From a virus, in the IMG/VR virus record IMGVR_UViG_3300028844_002207, positions 1 through 21,829 of that record: a stretch of DNA of 21,829 bases, one strand, 5' to 3'. Within the stretch, counting starts at the first letter, position 1. Each line of letters begins with the position of its first letter. Positions 1 to 10,227 of the stretch are shown here, piece after piece. The notes beneath the pieces are model-generated. The model was not told the DNA's origin. It ran no database searches and was given only the letters and a program-made list of their open reading frames with translations. A program made the position numbers and the translations under genes.

Positions 1-1
1 A

Positions 2-1087
2 CTTAATAGATCTGGTCTTAGTGCAGTAACAGTTGATCTTGACGGAAGATATGTTACAAGCTCAGGTGTTACTTCTATAGCTACTACAAACGGTATTACA
101 GGTGGTACAATAACCTCAACAGGTACAATTGAAGTAGATAGCACCGTAGTAAGAACTTCAGGCACACAATCAATAGGTGGTGTCAAAACATTTACAAGTA
201 ACACACAATTTAACGGTTATCTTAGAGGTGGTGGACAACAACTTGTATTAAATGCAGGTGAAGCATATTCTGTAGCAACAGGACAAACAAATGAATTTCT
301 TTATATAAATGCTGAATCAGGATTGCAGATAAACTCTTCTCCTGATAACTGGAATACTGGATGGGCAAATAGAAAAACAACAACAATAAATGACACAAGT
401 GGTAATTCTACTTTTGCCAATGATATAATAGTATCAGGTGGTGATATTACTCTTGGTGGTACAGGAAGAATACAAGGTGTAGACACAGTTTCATCTGGTA
501 CAGATGCAACAAGTAAAACATATGTAGATAATGCTATAAGCAATTATAGACCTCCAATGCCAGGTGCTCCTTCCAATGTATCAGCTTCAGTAGTTGGTCA
601 AACAATAGAAGTTATATTTGGTAAATCATCAACAAGTAGTATAGATTACTATCAAGTTTGGTCATCAGATGATGGTGCAGATTTTGGTATTATAGGTCAA
701 GTACCACAAGATGATTTTGCTAGTACAATGACTATTGTAGACACTACATTTAATACTAGTGGTACAATGTCATATAGAGTGTATGCTGTTAAAGAAGGTA
801 TATATTCAAGTCCTACTTTAGTAAGTCAAGCATATAGTTCAGGTGTACTGTCTGTGATCAATATGTCAGTAATACAGTTACCATCTGCATATTATGTTCA
901 ATATGATTTACCTTTATCAAGGTTTATAGACCATATAGAAATATATATGGACTCACAACCTACAAAAGCTGCATTATCAAGAAGTAATGCATTATTAGTT
1001 TATAGTGGAATGAATTCATCTTACATGCATAATGTAGGAGCAAGTAGAAATTTTCATCAGTTTTGGGTGGAAGTAATAACAACATAA
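2..1087 (+). CDS. Tail fibre protein, 5'-truncated, with C-terminal FN3-like domain
   Basis: The frame is open from nt 2 ([35 protein letters not shown]...VRTSGTQSIGGVKTFT...) into the tracked 323-1087 ORF, so the TTG at 323 is internal. It is Gly/Ser/Thr-rich with fibre motifs. The C-terminal PGAPSNVSA...YYQVW...YRVYAV pattern is FN3-like. Confidence 0.8.
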   Translation, partial: LNRSGLSAVTVDLDGRYVTSSGVTSIATTNGITGGTITSTGTIEVDSTVVRTSGTQSIGGVKTFTSNTQFNGYLRGGGQQLVLNAGEAYSVATGQTNEFLYINAESGLQINSSPDNWNTGWANRKTTTINDTSGNSTFANDIIVSGGDITLGGTGRIQGVDTVSSGTDATSKTYVDNAISNYRPPMPGAPSNVSASVVGQTIEVIFGKSSTSSIDYYQVWSSDDGADFGIIGQVPQDDFASTMTIVDTTFNTSGTMSYRVYAVKEGIYSSPTLVSQAYSSGVLSVINMSVIQLPSAYYVQYDLPLSRFIDHIEIYMDSQPTKAALSRSNALLVYSGMNSSYMHNVGASRNFHQFWVEVITT

Positions 1088-1088
1088 G

Positions 1089-1271
1089 ATGTCAGAAAGA
1101 GGAACTGAAACAACAGATGATAGACAGTACTGGTTAGACTGTCTAGCTGAATTTGAAGAAGCATTAGCTGAAGAGTTAAATATGGTAAACGTAGCTCCTG
1201 CAGGTTCTAATGATAGTATGATTAAAATGTTACAATTTGAAATACAAGAATGTTTAAAGCAACTAACGTAA
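1089..1271 (+). CDS. Small acidic helical hypothetical protein (60 aa), possibly a fibre chaperone/adaptor
   Basis: The ATG is 1 nt after the previous TAA, with A at -3. It fills the gap between two fibre-type genes and overlaps the next ORF by 22 nt. Function is unknown. Confidence 0.6.
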   Translation: MSERGTETTDDRQYWLDCLAEFEEALAEELNMVNVAPAGSNDSMIKMLQFEIQECLKQLT

Positions 1272-2995
1272 GTAAAAGTAATATAAAGTCCATTGTAGGG
1301 TGTGCCTCTAATAATTATAGTGGGCAAGTTGCTATTGTACCTGTAACTAAAAGAGGTATGAGTAATGTTACTGTGTCTTCAGGTGGTGGTGAATATGATG
1401 GTGGAGATAGACTTATCGGTTATACAACTGCTTATGAAATAGATGGTGACTTGCTTTTTACAGTAGGTTGGGGTGACGGGTTTGCAGTACGCAGACTTAA
1501 TGATGATGGCTCAATGACTAGGTTGTTTTTTGATTCTAATTTTCTATGGAGAGACTCAGGTAGTACATACAACCACATTCAATCTATTTGTATTGATAAA
1601 AAAAATAAGAAAGGTGTAGTTATGACTTATAATGTTAATGGCTATACTACATTTGACTACAGCGGTCTTATGAATGGAGGATCAACCTTTGTTAAAGACC
1701 CAAGACCAACACACAGTAATCCTCAAATATATATAGGATCACAAGATACTGGTGGAGGTTATGTAGAAAGCACAGGGTTATATTATGTAGGAGGCTTATG
1801 TGCAGCAGGAGAATGGGCATATGCATCTGACTATGATGCAAGACATTATAAAAGATGCATGCGTAGAAATATGAAGACTGGTGTTGAAGAAAGATTGTAT
1901 ATGGATGCAACAGCAGGAAACATAATGCTTGAAGGTTCAGCACCTGTAGATAGAAATGGATATAGAGGTTGGATTATGTATGATTCAATAAATGACAGAA
2001 TATTATATGCTTATTATCATAATGCAAATTTTTCTTTGATACTAGATGCATCAACAGCTAATCCTAAATCAGTTTATGTTGATATGGGTGATGCAGGACA
2101 AGGAGATGATGGATATGAACAAGGATGGTTTATACCTGATCCAATAAATGAACCAAATATATTTTGGGTTGGGGCAGCTGGTAGGCATAGTCTAGTTGAT
2201 GTAACACCGTGTTTTACTGGGACAAAAGTAACAGTTTTACAGATTACATATGAAGGTGGTACTAATCCTGGTAATAATTATGCTATTTTAATGAGGGCAG
2301 GCACAAAGTATCAAGATGTTCAAGGTGGTCAACCAACTGATAAGATGATTGGTCATCCTAATTTTATCCCTACTGCAGCAGATAGAGGTGGAGCTATGAT
2401 ACCAGGATTCTTAGATCCAGATAATAACAGGTATGTTGCATTACGTAGACATGATACAGTTGTTGAAGATACTACATCAGAAGGAAGGGGTAGATCTTAT
2501 AGAGCTGATTATGGCTGTAACATTACTAGAATGTATTCAACAAATGGTGAAGAATGGTGGATTCAGATGGGTTATGGATACGATGGGCATGGTTTTAGAA
2601 TTTGGGATGCAAAATATGCTAATCATTTTTTTCCTGATTGGGAAGTGGTATATGGTCCTTATACATTAGATAATTCTGCGTCTATTGATTTTATTTTTTG
2701 GAATAGAGTAGATTATTTTGTTCCTAATGGATGTACACTTAGTTACTATGTATCTAATGATGATGGAGTAACGTGGGAAATATATTCAGGAACAGATACG
2801 GGAGAGCATACATTTTCAAAACAAGGGGATAAGCTTTTAGTAAAAATATCTGCATCAGGTGATATATCTAAAAATGCATATAAGATGAGTGATACAGAAG
2901 ATTTTATACTGTTTGGAACTAAGTATGCAGCAGAAATGGATCCTGCAATTAAACAAAAAATGACTAAGTTTAAATTAAGAGGAAAAAAGAAATAA
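1250..2995 (+). CDS. Putative tail-associated receptor-binding protein (beta-rich, 581 aa)
   Basis: Long ORF rich in Gly/Tyr/Asp/Trp. It has a C-terminal beta domain ([13 protein letters not shown]...[15 protein letters not shown]) and a basic tail (KFKLRGKKK), and lies between fibre genes. The start could be 1250 or the later ATG at 1358. Confidence 0.6.
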   Translation: MFKATNVSKSNIKSIVGCASNNYSGQVAIVPVTKRGMSNVTVSSGGGEYDGGDRLIGYTTAYEIDGDLLFTVGWGDGFAVRRLNDDGSMTRLFFDSNFLWRDSGSTYNHIQSICIDKKNKKGVVMTYNVNGYTTFDYSGLMNGGSTFVKDPRPTHSNPQIYIGSQDTGGGYVESTGLYYVGGLCAAGEWAYASDYDARHYKRCMRRNMKTGVEERLYMDATAGNIMLEGSAPVDRNGYRGWIMYDSINDRILYAYYHNANFSLILDASTANPKSVYVDMGDAGQGDDGYEQGWFIPDPINEPNIFWVGAAGRHSLVDVTPCFTGTKVTVLQITYEGGTNPGNNYAILMRAGTKYQDVQGGQPTDKMIGHPNFIPTAADRGGAMIPGFLDPDNNRYVALRRHDTVVEDTTSEGRGRSYRADYGCNITRMYSTNGEEWWIQMGYGYDGHGFRIWDAKYANHFFPDWEVVYGPYTLDNSASIDFIFWNRVDYFVPNGCTLSYYVSNDDGVTWEIYSGTDTGEHTFSKQGDKLLVKISASGDISKNAYKMSDTEDFILFGTKYAAEMDPAIKQKMTKFKLRGKKK

Positions 2996-2996
2996 T

Positions 2997-5900
2997 ATGG
3001 CAACAATAACTGGCTCACAAAGATTATTATCTTTAGAAGGTAACACTGTAGATACTACTGTTTCTTTAGGGACAGGTGGTAGGTTGTTTGATCATTCAGG
3101 GTCTGCTGGTACTAAAGGTCAGATTCTTAGTACAACAGGTACAACTGTAGAATGGGTTGATGATAAAACAGGTACAAATAATTATGTATCAGGTATTAGC
3201 TTTAATACAACAAATGGAGTTTTAACATTGACACGTTCAGGTCTAGGAGATCTTACAGTAGATTTAGATGGTAGATATTTAACCTCTGCATCAAACTTTT
3301 ATCTTAATGGTATAACTAAATCAGGTAACACACTTACGTTTAGTGTTAGTGGTACTACAAATCAAACATATACATTTGGATCTAATGCGTTTAATAGTTC
3401 AACTATTTATGCTGAGCCAGGTATATTTAGTGGTGGAGGTACACCAACTTTAGCTTCCGGAGTAACTGGAGCAGAAGTAAGGTCATTAATTGGAGCTGGA
3501 ACAGGTTCAGGATCCATGAGCTCTTGGACAATAAAAGAAGGTAATGGTACTGAGTCAACTGCTGTTACTAACGGAGAGACTTTTACTATTGCTCAAGGTA
3601 CAGGTATTACATCTGAGATGACATCAACAAGTAGTGGTGGAACTATAACTATTACTAATACATTGCCGGATACTGGTAGACCTGCAATTTTATCTGATGG
3701 TACAAGTCCAACTTTAAATACAGGAATAAGTGCCTCAGAGGTAAGATCCCTTATAGGAGCAGGAACAGGAAATGGTAGTTCTAACTTAGTTATTGGTACA
3801 ACATCAACAACTGCAATGGCAGGTAACACTACAACTATCACTGCTCAACAAGCTACAGATATTGCAAATAACAATAAGAAAATAACAGATAGTGGAACAC
3901 CAGCAGTTTTATCTAATGGTACTACTCCTTCACTAAACTCAGGAATATCAGCTTCAGAAATGAGAAATCTTATTGGGGCAGGTACAGGTAATGGATCATC
4001 TAATTTAGTAATTGGAACTACCTCTACAACTGCAATGGCTGGTAATACAACAACTATTACAAGTGGTCAAGCATCAGATATTAGTAAAAATAATCTTAAG
4101 GTTAGTGATACTGGTGTGCCAGCAATACTTTCAAATGGAACTACTCCATCTCTTAATTCAGGAATTAGTGCTGCAGAAGTTAGAACATTAATTGGTGCAG
4201 GTACCAGCTCAAGTTCAGGTGTAACAAGTGTTGCAACTGGTAATGCTAATACACTAACTAAGAGTGGTACAACATCAGTAACGTTGACACCAAATACCGG
4301 TATTGTAACTTCTACTTCTACTAATTTAGCAACAGGTGCTCAGATATCAGCAGCCATTGATAAAGCTGTAACAGGAGTATTAAAATATATGGGAACATGG
4401 AATGCATCTGCTAATTTACCAGCACTGCAAACTGGAATAGGAAATGTAGGTGAATATTATATTGTATCTACAGCAGGTAATACAAATTTAGATGGTATTA
4501 CTGACTGGGCAGTAGGTGACTGGGCAGTATTTTCTGATCAAGCTACAGATGCTTGGCAGAAGATAGATAATACTCAAGTAGGTAATGTAACAGGTAGTGG
4601 TTCATCAGGTAGAGTAGCATATTGGAATGGCTCATCTAACATTACAAGTGATGCAGGATTAACATTTAATGGCAGTACAAATGCTTTAACTGTTAGTGGT
4701 GCGGTAACTTGGAGTGGTGGTAGTTCAGCAGAATCTAATTCTGCATATGATAATACTATTACAGGATTCTCTGATAGTGGATCTTCAACAAAGACTTTAA
4801 CATTAACACAAAGAGATGGTGGTACTTTAACAACATCTTTTAGTGTACCACAAGGAACAATGTCTTCATGGACTATTAAAGAAGGAAATGGAACAGAAAG
4901 TACAGCTGTTACAAATGGTGAAACATTAACAATAGCACAAGGTAGTGGTATACAATCAGAAATGACTTCTACAACTAGTGGAGGTACTATTACTATTACA
5001 AATACAGATAGAGGTTCTTCTCAAGATATATTTAAAAATGTAACTAATGGGATTGCTACTATTGTAGCTAAAGGTAACAATGATACTTTAACTATTTTAG
5101 GTTGTAAAGGAACAAATGTAGAAATTGATCCAGAAGCACAGACTGTATCTATATGTGCCGATAAGCAAACATTATCCGTAGTAGGACAAACACTTACTAT
5201 TAGTGATAGTAATTCTGTAACAATGCCAACTAATACAGGACCGCAGGGTCCTAAAGGTGATCAGGGTATACAAGGTATACAAGGAGTTACAGGTTCCGCT
5301 GGTGCCAAGGGAGATCAAGGTGATCAAGGTATTAGAGGTCTTACCGGAGCTGCAGGAGCTGCCGGTGCCAAAGGTGATACAGGAAGTCAAGGTATACAAG
5401 GGATACAAGGATTAACTGGAGCAGCTGGAGCAGCGGGAGCCAAAGGAGATACTGGAGATAGAGGTCTTCAAGGTATACAAGGAAATCCTGGTGCAGCAGG
5501 TGCTAAGGGAGATACTGGAGCTAGAGGAGCAACAGGATCTGCTGGTGCAGCCGGAGCAAAAGGGGACACAGGATCACAGGGTGCAAAGGGTGATACTGGA
5601 TCACAAGGTCCAGCAGGACCTAATGGCGGAACATACCATTATACTAATTCAGGTGATAATGCAAGTAAATATAGATTCTGGGGTACTTCAGCTACTTATG
5701 GTATAGGAATGGTGTCCGGTCAATCTTATGGTTATTTAAATGACTATGCTACAGTATTCCAAATGAATAATGATGCAGACCGTGGATGGGTTTGGAAATA
5801 TGAAGGTCAGGGAAATAATGATGGTGCTATGTCATTAACAACTTCCGGTAAATTAAAAGTTAAAGGAGTTGTTGACGCTGGTTCTGTGGCTATAGATGGT

Positions 5901-6503
5901 AATCAAGTAATTAATATTAAAGGTGATTGGGTTGGTAATCCCACAGGTTTAACAGGACCTAAAGGAGACACCGGTTCACAAGGTATTCAGGGTATTCAAG
6001 GTGCTACAGGATCTCAGGGTCCGGCTGGAGCTAAAGGAAATACGGGTTCTCAAGGACCTGCCGGAACTAATGGATCTGATGGAAATGACGGAGCACCGGG
6101 TGCAACAGGAGCCACTGGACCAAGGGGTGCAACTGGATTAACTGGAGCTACAGGAAGCCAAGGACCACAGGGACCACAAGGTGATAAAGGACCTACAGGT
6201 AGTCAAGGACCAACCGGATCAAGAGGACCTCAAGGTTTAACTGGTCCAACAGGGAGTCAAGGCCCGCAGGGAATACAAGGTCCTGCAGGTTCTAAAGGTA
6301 ATACGGGATCTACTGGTGCTACTGGTGCCACTGGACCACAGGGTCCTCCCGGTCAAGATGGTGGTGGTGATATTTATTTGAATGGAAAGTCAACAACAAT
6401 AAAATCACAAGAATTTTTTACAGAAGGTAAAACTGCATTCTTACGTATAACTTTTGAAGATGGAACCAGTACTTGTATATTATTAAGTAACTGTGAATTT
6501 TAA
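2997..6503 (+). CDS. Long modular tail fibre protein with collagen-like tracts (1168 aa)
   Basis: Internal 49-aa and 73-aa repeats; a YMGTWNA...[10 protein letters not shown]...DWAVGDW...WQKIDNT fibre module (~4380-4573); two uninterrupted Gly-X-Y tracts; a short C-terminal domain. Confidence 0.85.
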   Translation: MATITGSQRLLSLEGNTVDTTVSLGTGGRLFDHSGSAGTKGQILSTTGTTVEWVDDKTGTNNYVSGISFNTTNGVLTLTRSGLGDLTVDLDGRYLTSASNFYLNGITKSGNTLTFSVSGTTNQTYTFGSNAFNSSTIYAEPGIFSGGGTPTLASGVTGAEVRSLIGAGTGSGSMSSWTIKEGNGTESTAVTNGETFTIAQGTGITSEMTSTSSGGTITITNTLPDTGRPAILSDGTSPTLNTGISASEVRSLIGAGTGNGSSNLVIGTTSTTAMAGNTTTITAQQATDIANNNKKITDSGTPAVLSNGTTPSLNSGISASEMRNLIGAGTGNGSSNLVIGTTSTTAMAGNTTTITSGQASDISKNNLKVSDTGVPAILSNGTTPSLNSGISAAEVRTLIGAGTSSSSGVTSVATGNANTLTKSGTTSVTLTPNTGIVTSTSTNLATGAQISAAIDKAVTGVLKYMGTWNASANLPALQTGIGNVGEYYIVSTAGNTNLDGITDWAVGDWAVFSDQATDAWQKIDNTQVGNVTGSGSSGRVAYWNGSSNITSDAGLTFNGSTNALTVSGAVTWSGGSSAESNSAYDNTITGFSDSGSSTKTLTLTQRDGGTLTTSFSVPQGTMSSWTIKEGNGTESTAVTNGETLTIAQGSGIQSEMTSTTSGGTITITNTDRGSSQDIFKNVTNGIATIVAKGNNDTLTILGCKGTNVEIDPEAQTVSICADKQTLSVVGQTLTISDSNSVTMPTNTGPQGPKGDQGIQGIQGVTGSAGAKGDQGDQGIRGLTGAAGAAGAKGDTGSQGIQGIQGLTGAAGAAGAKGDTGDRGLQGIQGNPGAAGAKGDTGARGATGSAGAAGAKGDTGSQGAKGDTGSQGPAGPNGGTYHYTNSGDNASKYRFWGTSATYGIGMVSGQSYGYLNDYATVFQMNNDADRGWVWKYEGQGNNDGAMSLTTSGKLKVKGVVDAGSVAIDGNQVINIKGDWVGNPTGLTGPKGDTGSQGIQGIQGATGSQGPAGAKGNTGSQGPAGTNGSDGNDGAPGATGATGPRGATGLTGATGSQGPQGPQGDKGPTGSQGPTGSRGPQGLTGPTGSQGPQGIQGPAGSKGNTGSTGATGATGPQGPPGQDGGGDIYLNGKSTTIKSQEFFTEGKTAFLRITFEDGTSTCILLSNCEF
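3516..3662 (+). repeat. 49-aa fibre repeat A, copy 1 (copy 2 at 4860-5006)
   Basis: [49 protein letters not shown]; 45/49 aa identical to copy 2. Confidence 0.95.
3669..4205 (+). repeat. Tandem 73-aa (219-nt) fibre repeat B, about 2.5 copies
   Basis: Units start at 3669, 3888 and 4107 (D[TS]GxPA[IV]LS[DN]GT.P.LN.GISA.E.R.LIGAGT...). A diverged partial copy lies at ~3414-3506. Confidence 0.95.
4860..5006 (+). repeat. 49-aa fibre repeat A, copy 2
   Basis: [49 protein letters not shown]. Confidence 0.95.
5238..5624 (+). repeat. Collagen-like tract 1 (43 Gly-X-Y triplets)
   Basis: [12 protein letters not shown]...GSQGPAGPN, uninterrupted; counted by hand. Confidence 0.95.
5946..6359 (+). repeat. 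Collagen-like tract 2 (46 Gly-X-Y triplets)
   Basis: GLTGPKGDT...GPQGPPGQD, uninterrupted; counted by hand. Confidence 0.95.
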
Positions 6504-6523
6504 TAATTTATAAAACCATTATT

Positions 6524-6955
6524 ATGAAAAAGAAAAAAACAACTAAAAAGAAGGTAGTAGCTAAAAAGGTAGCTAAAAAGGTAATTAAAAAGGTAGAGGC
6601 ACCTGTAGTACAGGAGCAGCTATCTCAAAGGTTTTATTTTGATATAGAGTCTTTAGTGACAGATGGTAACTCTTTGATAAAAGAAATAATATTTACTTAT
6701 ACAGGTTCATTAGTTATACCTAAGTCATTAAAATCAACATATGAAAAGAAAAGTGTAACTGTACATGGATCATATATTGTAAAAGATACTGATGAAGGAG
6801 TTGTAACAACGCAAGATTATAAATCATTATCTAAAAATGATGTAAAAACATTCTTAGTAAAGTATTTACGTAATGACTATATAACAGGAATGCAGGATGT
6901 AATTAAGAAAGATTTACTACCTGAAACAAATTTAGTTGTTGATCTTCCTTGGTAG
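6524..6955 (+). CDS. Tail-fibre-associated protein with Lys-rich N-terminus, ending in LPW (143 aa)
   Basis: Lies directly after the fibre gene, with an A-rich leader (TAAAACCATTATT-ATG). A C-terminal ...LPW is common in small fibre-associated or chaperone proteins of aquatic phages (recognised from memory, not searched). Confidence 0.65.
   Translation: MKKKKTTKKKVVAKKVAKKVIKKVEAPVVQEQLSQRFYFDIESLVTDGNSLIKEIIFTYTGSLVIPKSLKSTYEKKSVTVHGSYIVKDTDEGVVTTQDYKSLSKNDVKTFLVKYLRNDYITGMQDVIKKDLLPETNLVVDLPW
6560..6595 (+). repeat. 12-nt tandem repeat x3 encoding AKKV-AKKV-IKKV
   Basis: gctaaaaaggta gctaaaaaggta attaaaaaggta. Confidence 0.9.
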
Positions 6956-6978
6956 TTTCTAAAATATCATTATCTTTG
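6949..6978 (+). promoter_or_regulatory. Bacteroidota housekeeping-sigma promoter (-33/-7)
   Basis: TTG (6949-6951), a 19-nt spacer, then TATCTTTG (6971-6978). This matches the TTG-N19-TAnnTTTG consensus exactly and ends 31 nt before the ATG at 7010. Confidence 0.75.
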
Positions 6979-7009
6979 AAGAGTATACAAATTTTAAAAA
7001 CCAATTATA

Positions 7010-7270
7010 ATGGCAAAAGCAAAAAAGATTTCTAAAAAGGAATTAGAAGAAGTTAAAGATCTTCAAAATCAAATTAATACATTACTTATGAATATAGGTA
7101 ATGCTGAACTAGTTAAGAATCAATTAGTATCTAAACATTCAGAACTGCAAGCTGAATGGAAAACTGTAAGTGAATCATTAGAGACAAAATATGGTTCAGT
7201 TAATATTAGCCTTGAAGATGGTACTATATCTGATATTGAGAAAGAAGACACCCCTTTAGAAAAAGCTTAA
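7010..7270 (+). CDS. Small coiled-coil hypothetical protein (86 aa)
   Basis: Heptad-like helices followed by LETKYGSVNISLEDG. It has its own promoter and an A-rich leader without a Shine-Dalgarno sequence. Confidence 0.8.
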   Translation: MAKAKKISKKELEEVKDLQNQINTLLMNIGNAELVKNQLVSKHSELQAEWKTVSESLETKYGSVNISLEDGTISDIEKEDTPLEKA

Positions 7271-7290
7271 ATTTTATTCTCATAACTGTT

Positions 7291-7343
7291 TACAAAATTT
7301 TTTAAAACTAGCATTAACTTGTTTGGTTTTAAAAAATTTTGTA
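7291..7343 (+). repeat. 20-bp inverted repeat / long hairpin (possible terminator or regulatory stem)
   Basis: tacaaaattttttaaaacta (7291-7310) pairs with tggttttaaaaaattttgta (7324-7343), with one G-U wobble. Confidence 0.8.
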
Positions 7344-7356
7344 TATTATAAATGTA
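7337..7356 (+). promoter_or_regulatory. Putative phage-specific (late) promoter motif, copy 1
   Basis: ttttgtatattataaatgta; 18/20 identical to 11598-11617. Both copies are intergenic and lie upstream of structural gene runs. Confidence 0.55.
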
Positions 7357-7399
7357 TAGTTTACAACAACGCAGTACATTATAGTAAAATAAAACATTT

Positions 7400-9634
7400 A
7401 TGATCCCAACGAACTCAAGCGGCACCACAAATGGATGTGATAATATATCTTCTAATTGTGTAATATGGCAAGGGCCAGATATTTCTTGTATAGACCTATG
7501 TAATGGTGACTCTATTAGTGAAGTTGTATTTAAACTTGCAACTAAGGTTTGTGACCTTTTAGAAAGTGGTGTAGATATGAACCCTAATCTTACTGGGTTA
7601 GATATTACTTGTTTAAATGTTAGAGGTGCTACGCCTACTCAACTTGTTCCTGTTTTACAGGCAATGGTTAATCAAATATGTTTAAATGCAGATAGTGGTA
7701 GTGGAAATGATAAATCTACTGCTTCTCTTCCTATAATGACATTACCTGCATGTATGCAGTATAATGATGCAAGCGGTAATCCAGTAACTCAACTTCCATT
7801 AGATCAATTTGCTACACTTATAGCAAATCAAGTATGTACTAATTTAGCAAGTATTAATACAATCAATTCAACATTAACAAGTTTAAATACAAGAATAGAT
7901 GTACTAGAAGCTTGTGTATTACCTTGTAGTGGTGCTGTTGTAGAAGCTCAAATTGTACCTACATGTATAAGTAATGTAGGGGTTTTAACTAATGTTTCAG
8001 TAGTTGTACTAGCATTAGAAAGTGCGTTTTGTGAATTAAGAAATGCAGTTGGATTTCCATCTGCTATAAATTCTGCAATTTCACAATCTGCAATAACAGG
8101 TTCATATACTCAGTTATCAAATAGTGATGCATCATATAGTGGTATAGTTGGATGGAATAATTCAGCTTCTACATTAGCTCAGTCTATGCAAAACGCATGG
8201 GTTGTGATTGATGATATGTATTCAGCTATTACAAGCATTCAAACAAATTGTTGTCCTGGAGGATGTGATGGAATTATATTCTCATATACTACTGCAAATA
8301 CTATCAGTGGTGGTACAGGTTTAATAACAGACGTAGTATTTAACTTTATAAACTCATCTATACCTAGTACATTTAATGATAGTGCAGGTTTTAGTAAAAT
8401 CACAATAGTTGATTCTAAAGGTGTTTCAACTCAGCAAATTGTTAGTGTATCATCATTACAGAATAATTCTACAGGTATAAGTGTAAATGTAGCATCATTA
8501 GATACTGCTACAGATCTAACTGCAACAGTTGAGTTTAGTGTTACAGATGGAAATGATACATGTGTTGAAACGCAATCTAGTTTAATAACAGGAATTATTC
8601 CTTGTCCATCTATGACTATAAGTAGTATAACACAGAATTCTTTTAATTTCCAATTTAATAATTTATTAGGAACTACAGCAACATACCTTATAGAAGTAAT
8701 TAATTCTTCTGGTACAGTTGTAGCTACAGATACTATAAACAACCCAGGATCTAGCGTAACAGGATCATTTTCAGGTTTAATACCACAAACAGTATATAAT
8801 ATTAGATTAACGGTATCTATAAGTGGAGGGTCAAATGTTTGTCCAAATATAGCAATTGAAACACTCACAGCAGATGCACCATGTAGTCAAGGTATGGATG
8901 TAGTATTCTTAGTAGATTATACAAGTAGTATGACATCTCAAATTCAAACAATACAATCAGGAGCGGCTAATTTAGTAAGTACAATAGATTCTTCATCAGG
9001 ATCAAATAATTATAGAATAGGTTTAACTACTGTAGATGAAACTAGTGGAGATCCAAATTATGGTACTTGTGCTGATTACACAGTTCTTCCAACAACACAA
9101 AGATTAGTTGTTGCTGGTTCTGCCGGAACTAATTTAATATATACTGCTTGGGAAATGTTTGCCAATGATAACGGAACTGCATTTACAACTCAGCTAAATA
9201 AATTAGCTGGAGGTGTAGATGGTACTTGTGTTAACATGGGATCAGGAGCAGGTGGAGCTGAACCAATGGATTTAGCACTACAACAAGTAGTTGGAGGTGC
9301 TGCATTTAATGGAGCATTTAGAAACAATGTTGCAAAATATGTTATACTAATTACAGATAATTTACCGGGAGGAGATGAAGATATAATGAATATGACAACA
9401 TACTCTAGAATCCTGTCATTGATAACAACATGTAATAATAATGGAATTAAAGTATTCTGTATGGGAGCAGGTGTTAATATGGATTGGGATAATGGTGGAA
9501 CAATAAGTCCAGCAGTATATCCTTGGAGAGAGCTTGCAACTGGAACAGGAGCTACGTATACTACGAGCACTGATCCAAGTACAATATCTAGTTTAATAAT
9601 ATCTGGTTGTGGAGGCAGTACTCCATTAACCTAA
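7400..9634 (+). CDS. Cys-rich structural protein with FN3 and C-terminal vWA domains (744 aa)
   Basis: N-terminal Cys module (CDNISSNCVIWQGPDISCIDLCNGDSI) and a coiled-coil segment. FN3-like region at ~8603-8870 (FSGLIPQTVYNIRL). vWA at ~8894-9610 (DVVFLVDYTSSM...YRIGL...AEPMDLAL...FRNNVAKYVILITD). Confidence 0.75.
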   Translation: MIPTNSSGTTNGCDNISSNCVIWQGPDISCIDLCNGDSISEVVFKLATKVCDLLESGVDMNPNLTGLDITCLNVRGATPTQLVPVLQAMVNQICLNADSGSGNDKSTASLPIMTLPACMQYNDASGNPVTQLPLDQFATLIANQVCTNLASINTINSTLTSLNTRIDVLEACVLPCSGAVVEAQIVPTCISNVGVLTNVSVVVLALESAFCELRNAVGFPSAINSAISQSAITGSYTQLSNSDASYSGIVGWNNSASTLAQSMQNAWVVIDDMYSAITSIQTNCCPGGCDGIIFSYTTANTISGGTGLITDVVFNFINSSIPSTFNDSAGFSKITIVDSKGVSTQQIVSVSSLQNNSTGISVNVASLDTATDLTATVEFSVTDGNDTCVETQSSLITGIIPCPSMTISSITQNSFNFQFNNLLGTTATYLIEVINSSGTVVATDTINNPGSSVTGSFSGLIPQTVYNIRLTVSISGGSNVCPNIAIETLTADAPCSQGMDVVFLVDYTSSMTSQIQTIQSGAANLVSTIDSSSGSNNYRIGLTTVDETSGDPNYGTCADYTVLPTTQRLVVAGSAGTNLIYTAWEMFANDNGTAFTTQLNKLAGGVDGTCVNMGSGAGGAEPMDLALQQVVGGAAFNGAFRNNVAKYVILITDNLPGGDEDIMNMTTYSRILSLITTCNNNGIKVFCMGAGVNMDWDNGGTISPAVYPWRELATGTGATYTTSTDPSTISSLIISGCGGSTPLT

Positions 9635-9660
9635 AATAAATAAAAATAAAAAAATAAACA

Positions 9661-10221
9661 ATGGCATGTAATTGTACAAAATGTAGTCAAAAATGTAGTT
9701 GTGCTGACACAGCAATAACTAATGCATGTACCTATACTGATTGTAGTACAGGTAGTGAAAGGTGTGATGATGTGCAGTGTGCTTCATGTGTAAGCTATTG
9801 TGGAACATCTTTTCAAATAGGTGATCCTGGTAGTAGAATAGTTATAACTTCTGGTGAAAGATTAGATTCTATTATACAAAAGTTTTCTATGATATTATCT
9901 AACGGCCTTGGGACATGTACTTCAAATGATGTACAACATGATCCATATAATGTTTATGCAGGTGCAGTAACAGGTAGTACTATTTCAGTTATATGGGATG
10001 GAATATGGAGTAACAGCACAGGTTTAAATGTATATGTTGATGAACAAATATCACCTGTAGGATGGACATTAGCTAATCCACTAGGACCTATTGTACCTAC
10101 AGTAAATAACTTTACTATAACAAATTTAACTGCTAGTACAGCATATAAAGTTAAAGTTGTAGATGCTGGTAACACAGGATGTAAACCAATTGAAATACTT
10201 ATTTCAACTCTGTCAGCATAA
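9661..10221 (+). CDS. Cys-rich protein with C-terminal FN3-like domain (186 aa)
   Basis: 11 Cys in the first 47 aa. PYNVYAGAVTGSTISVIW...ITNLTASTAYKVKV is FN3-like. Confidence 0.75.
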   Translation: MACNCTKCSQKCSCADTAITNACTYTDCSTGSERCDDVQCASCVSYCGTSFQIGDPGSRIVITSGERLDSIIQKFSMILSNGLGTCTSNDVQHDPYNVYAGAVTGSTISVIWDGIWSNSTGLNVYVDEQISPVGWTLANPLGPIVPTVNNFTITNLTASTAYKVKVVDAGNTGCKPIEILISTLSA

Positions 10222-10227
10222 AAAAAA

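Noticed and set aside
323-325. TTG start of the tracked 254-aa ORF
   Set aside because: The frame is open from nt 2 with fibre-like sequence, so the gene starts upstream of the window.
3669-6359. CRISPR array or DGR template/variable repeat pair
   Set aside because: The repeats are in-frame coding repeats that differ at synonymous sites of all bases rather than specifically at adenines. There is no repeat-spacer structure and no reverse transcriptase in the window.
5238-6359. KGD triplets as integrin-binding motifs, or a eukaryotic origin of the collagen
   Set aside because: KGD is very common in prokaryotic and phage collagen-like proteins for charge stabilisation. Codon style and context are phage-like.
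6953-6979. Stop-codon reassignment or TAG read-through, as seen in some crAss-like phages
   Set aside because: Late genes are intact under code 11. The single TAG stop follows a natural LPW terminus, and read-through hits TGA after 7 more codons.
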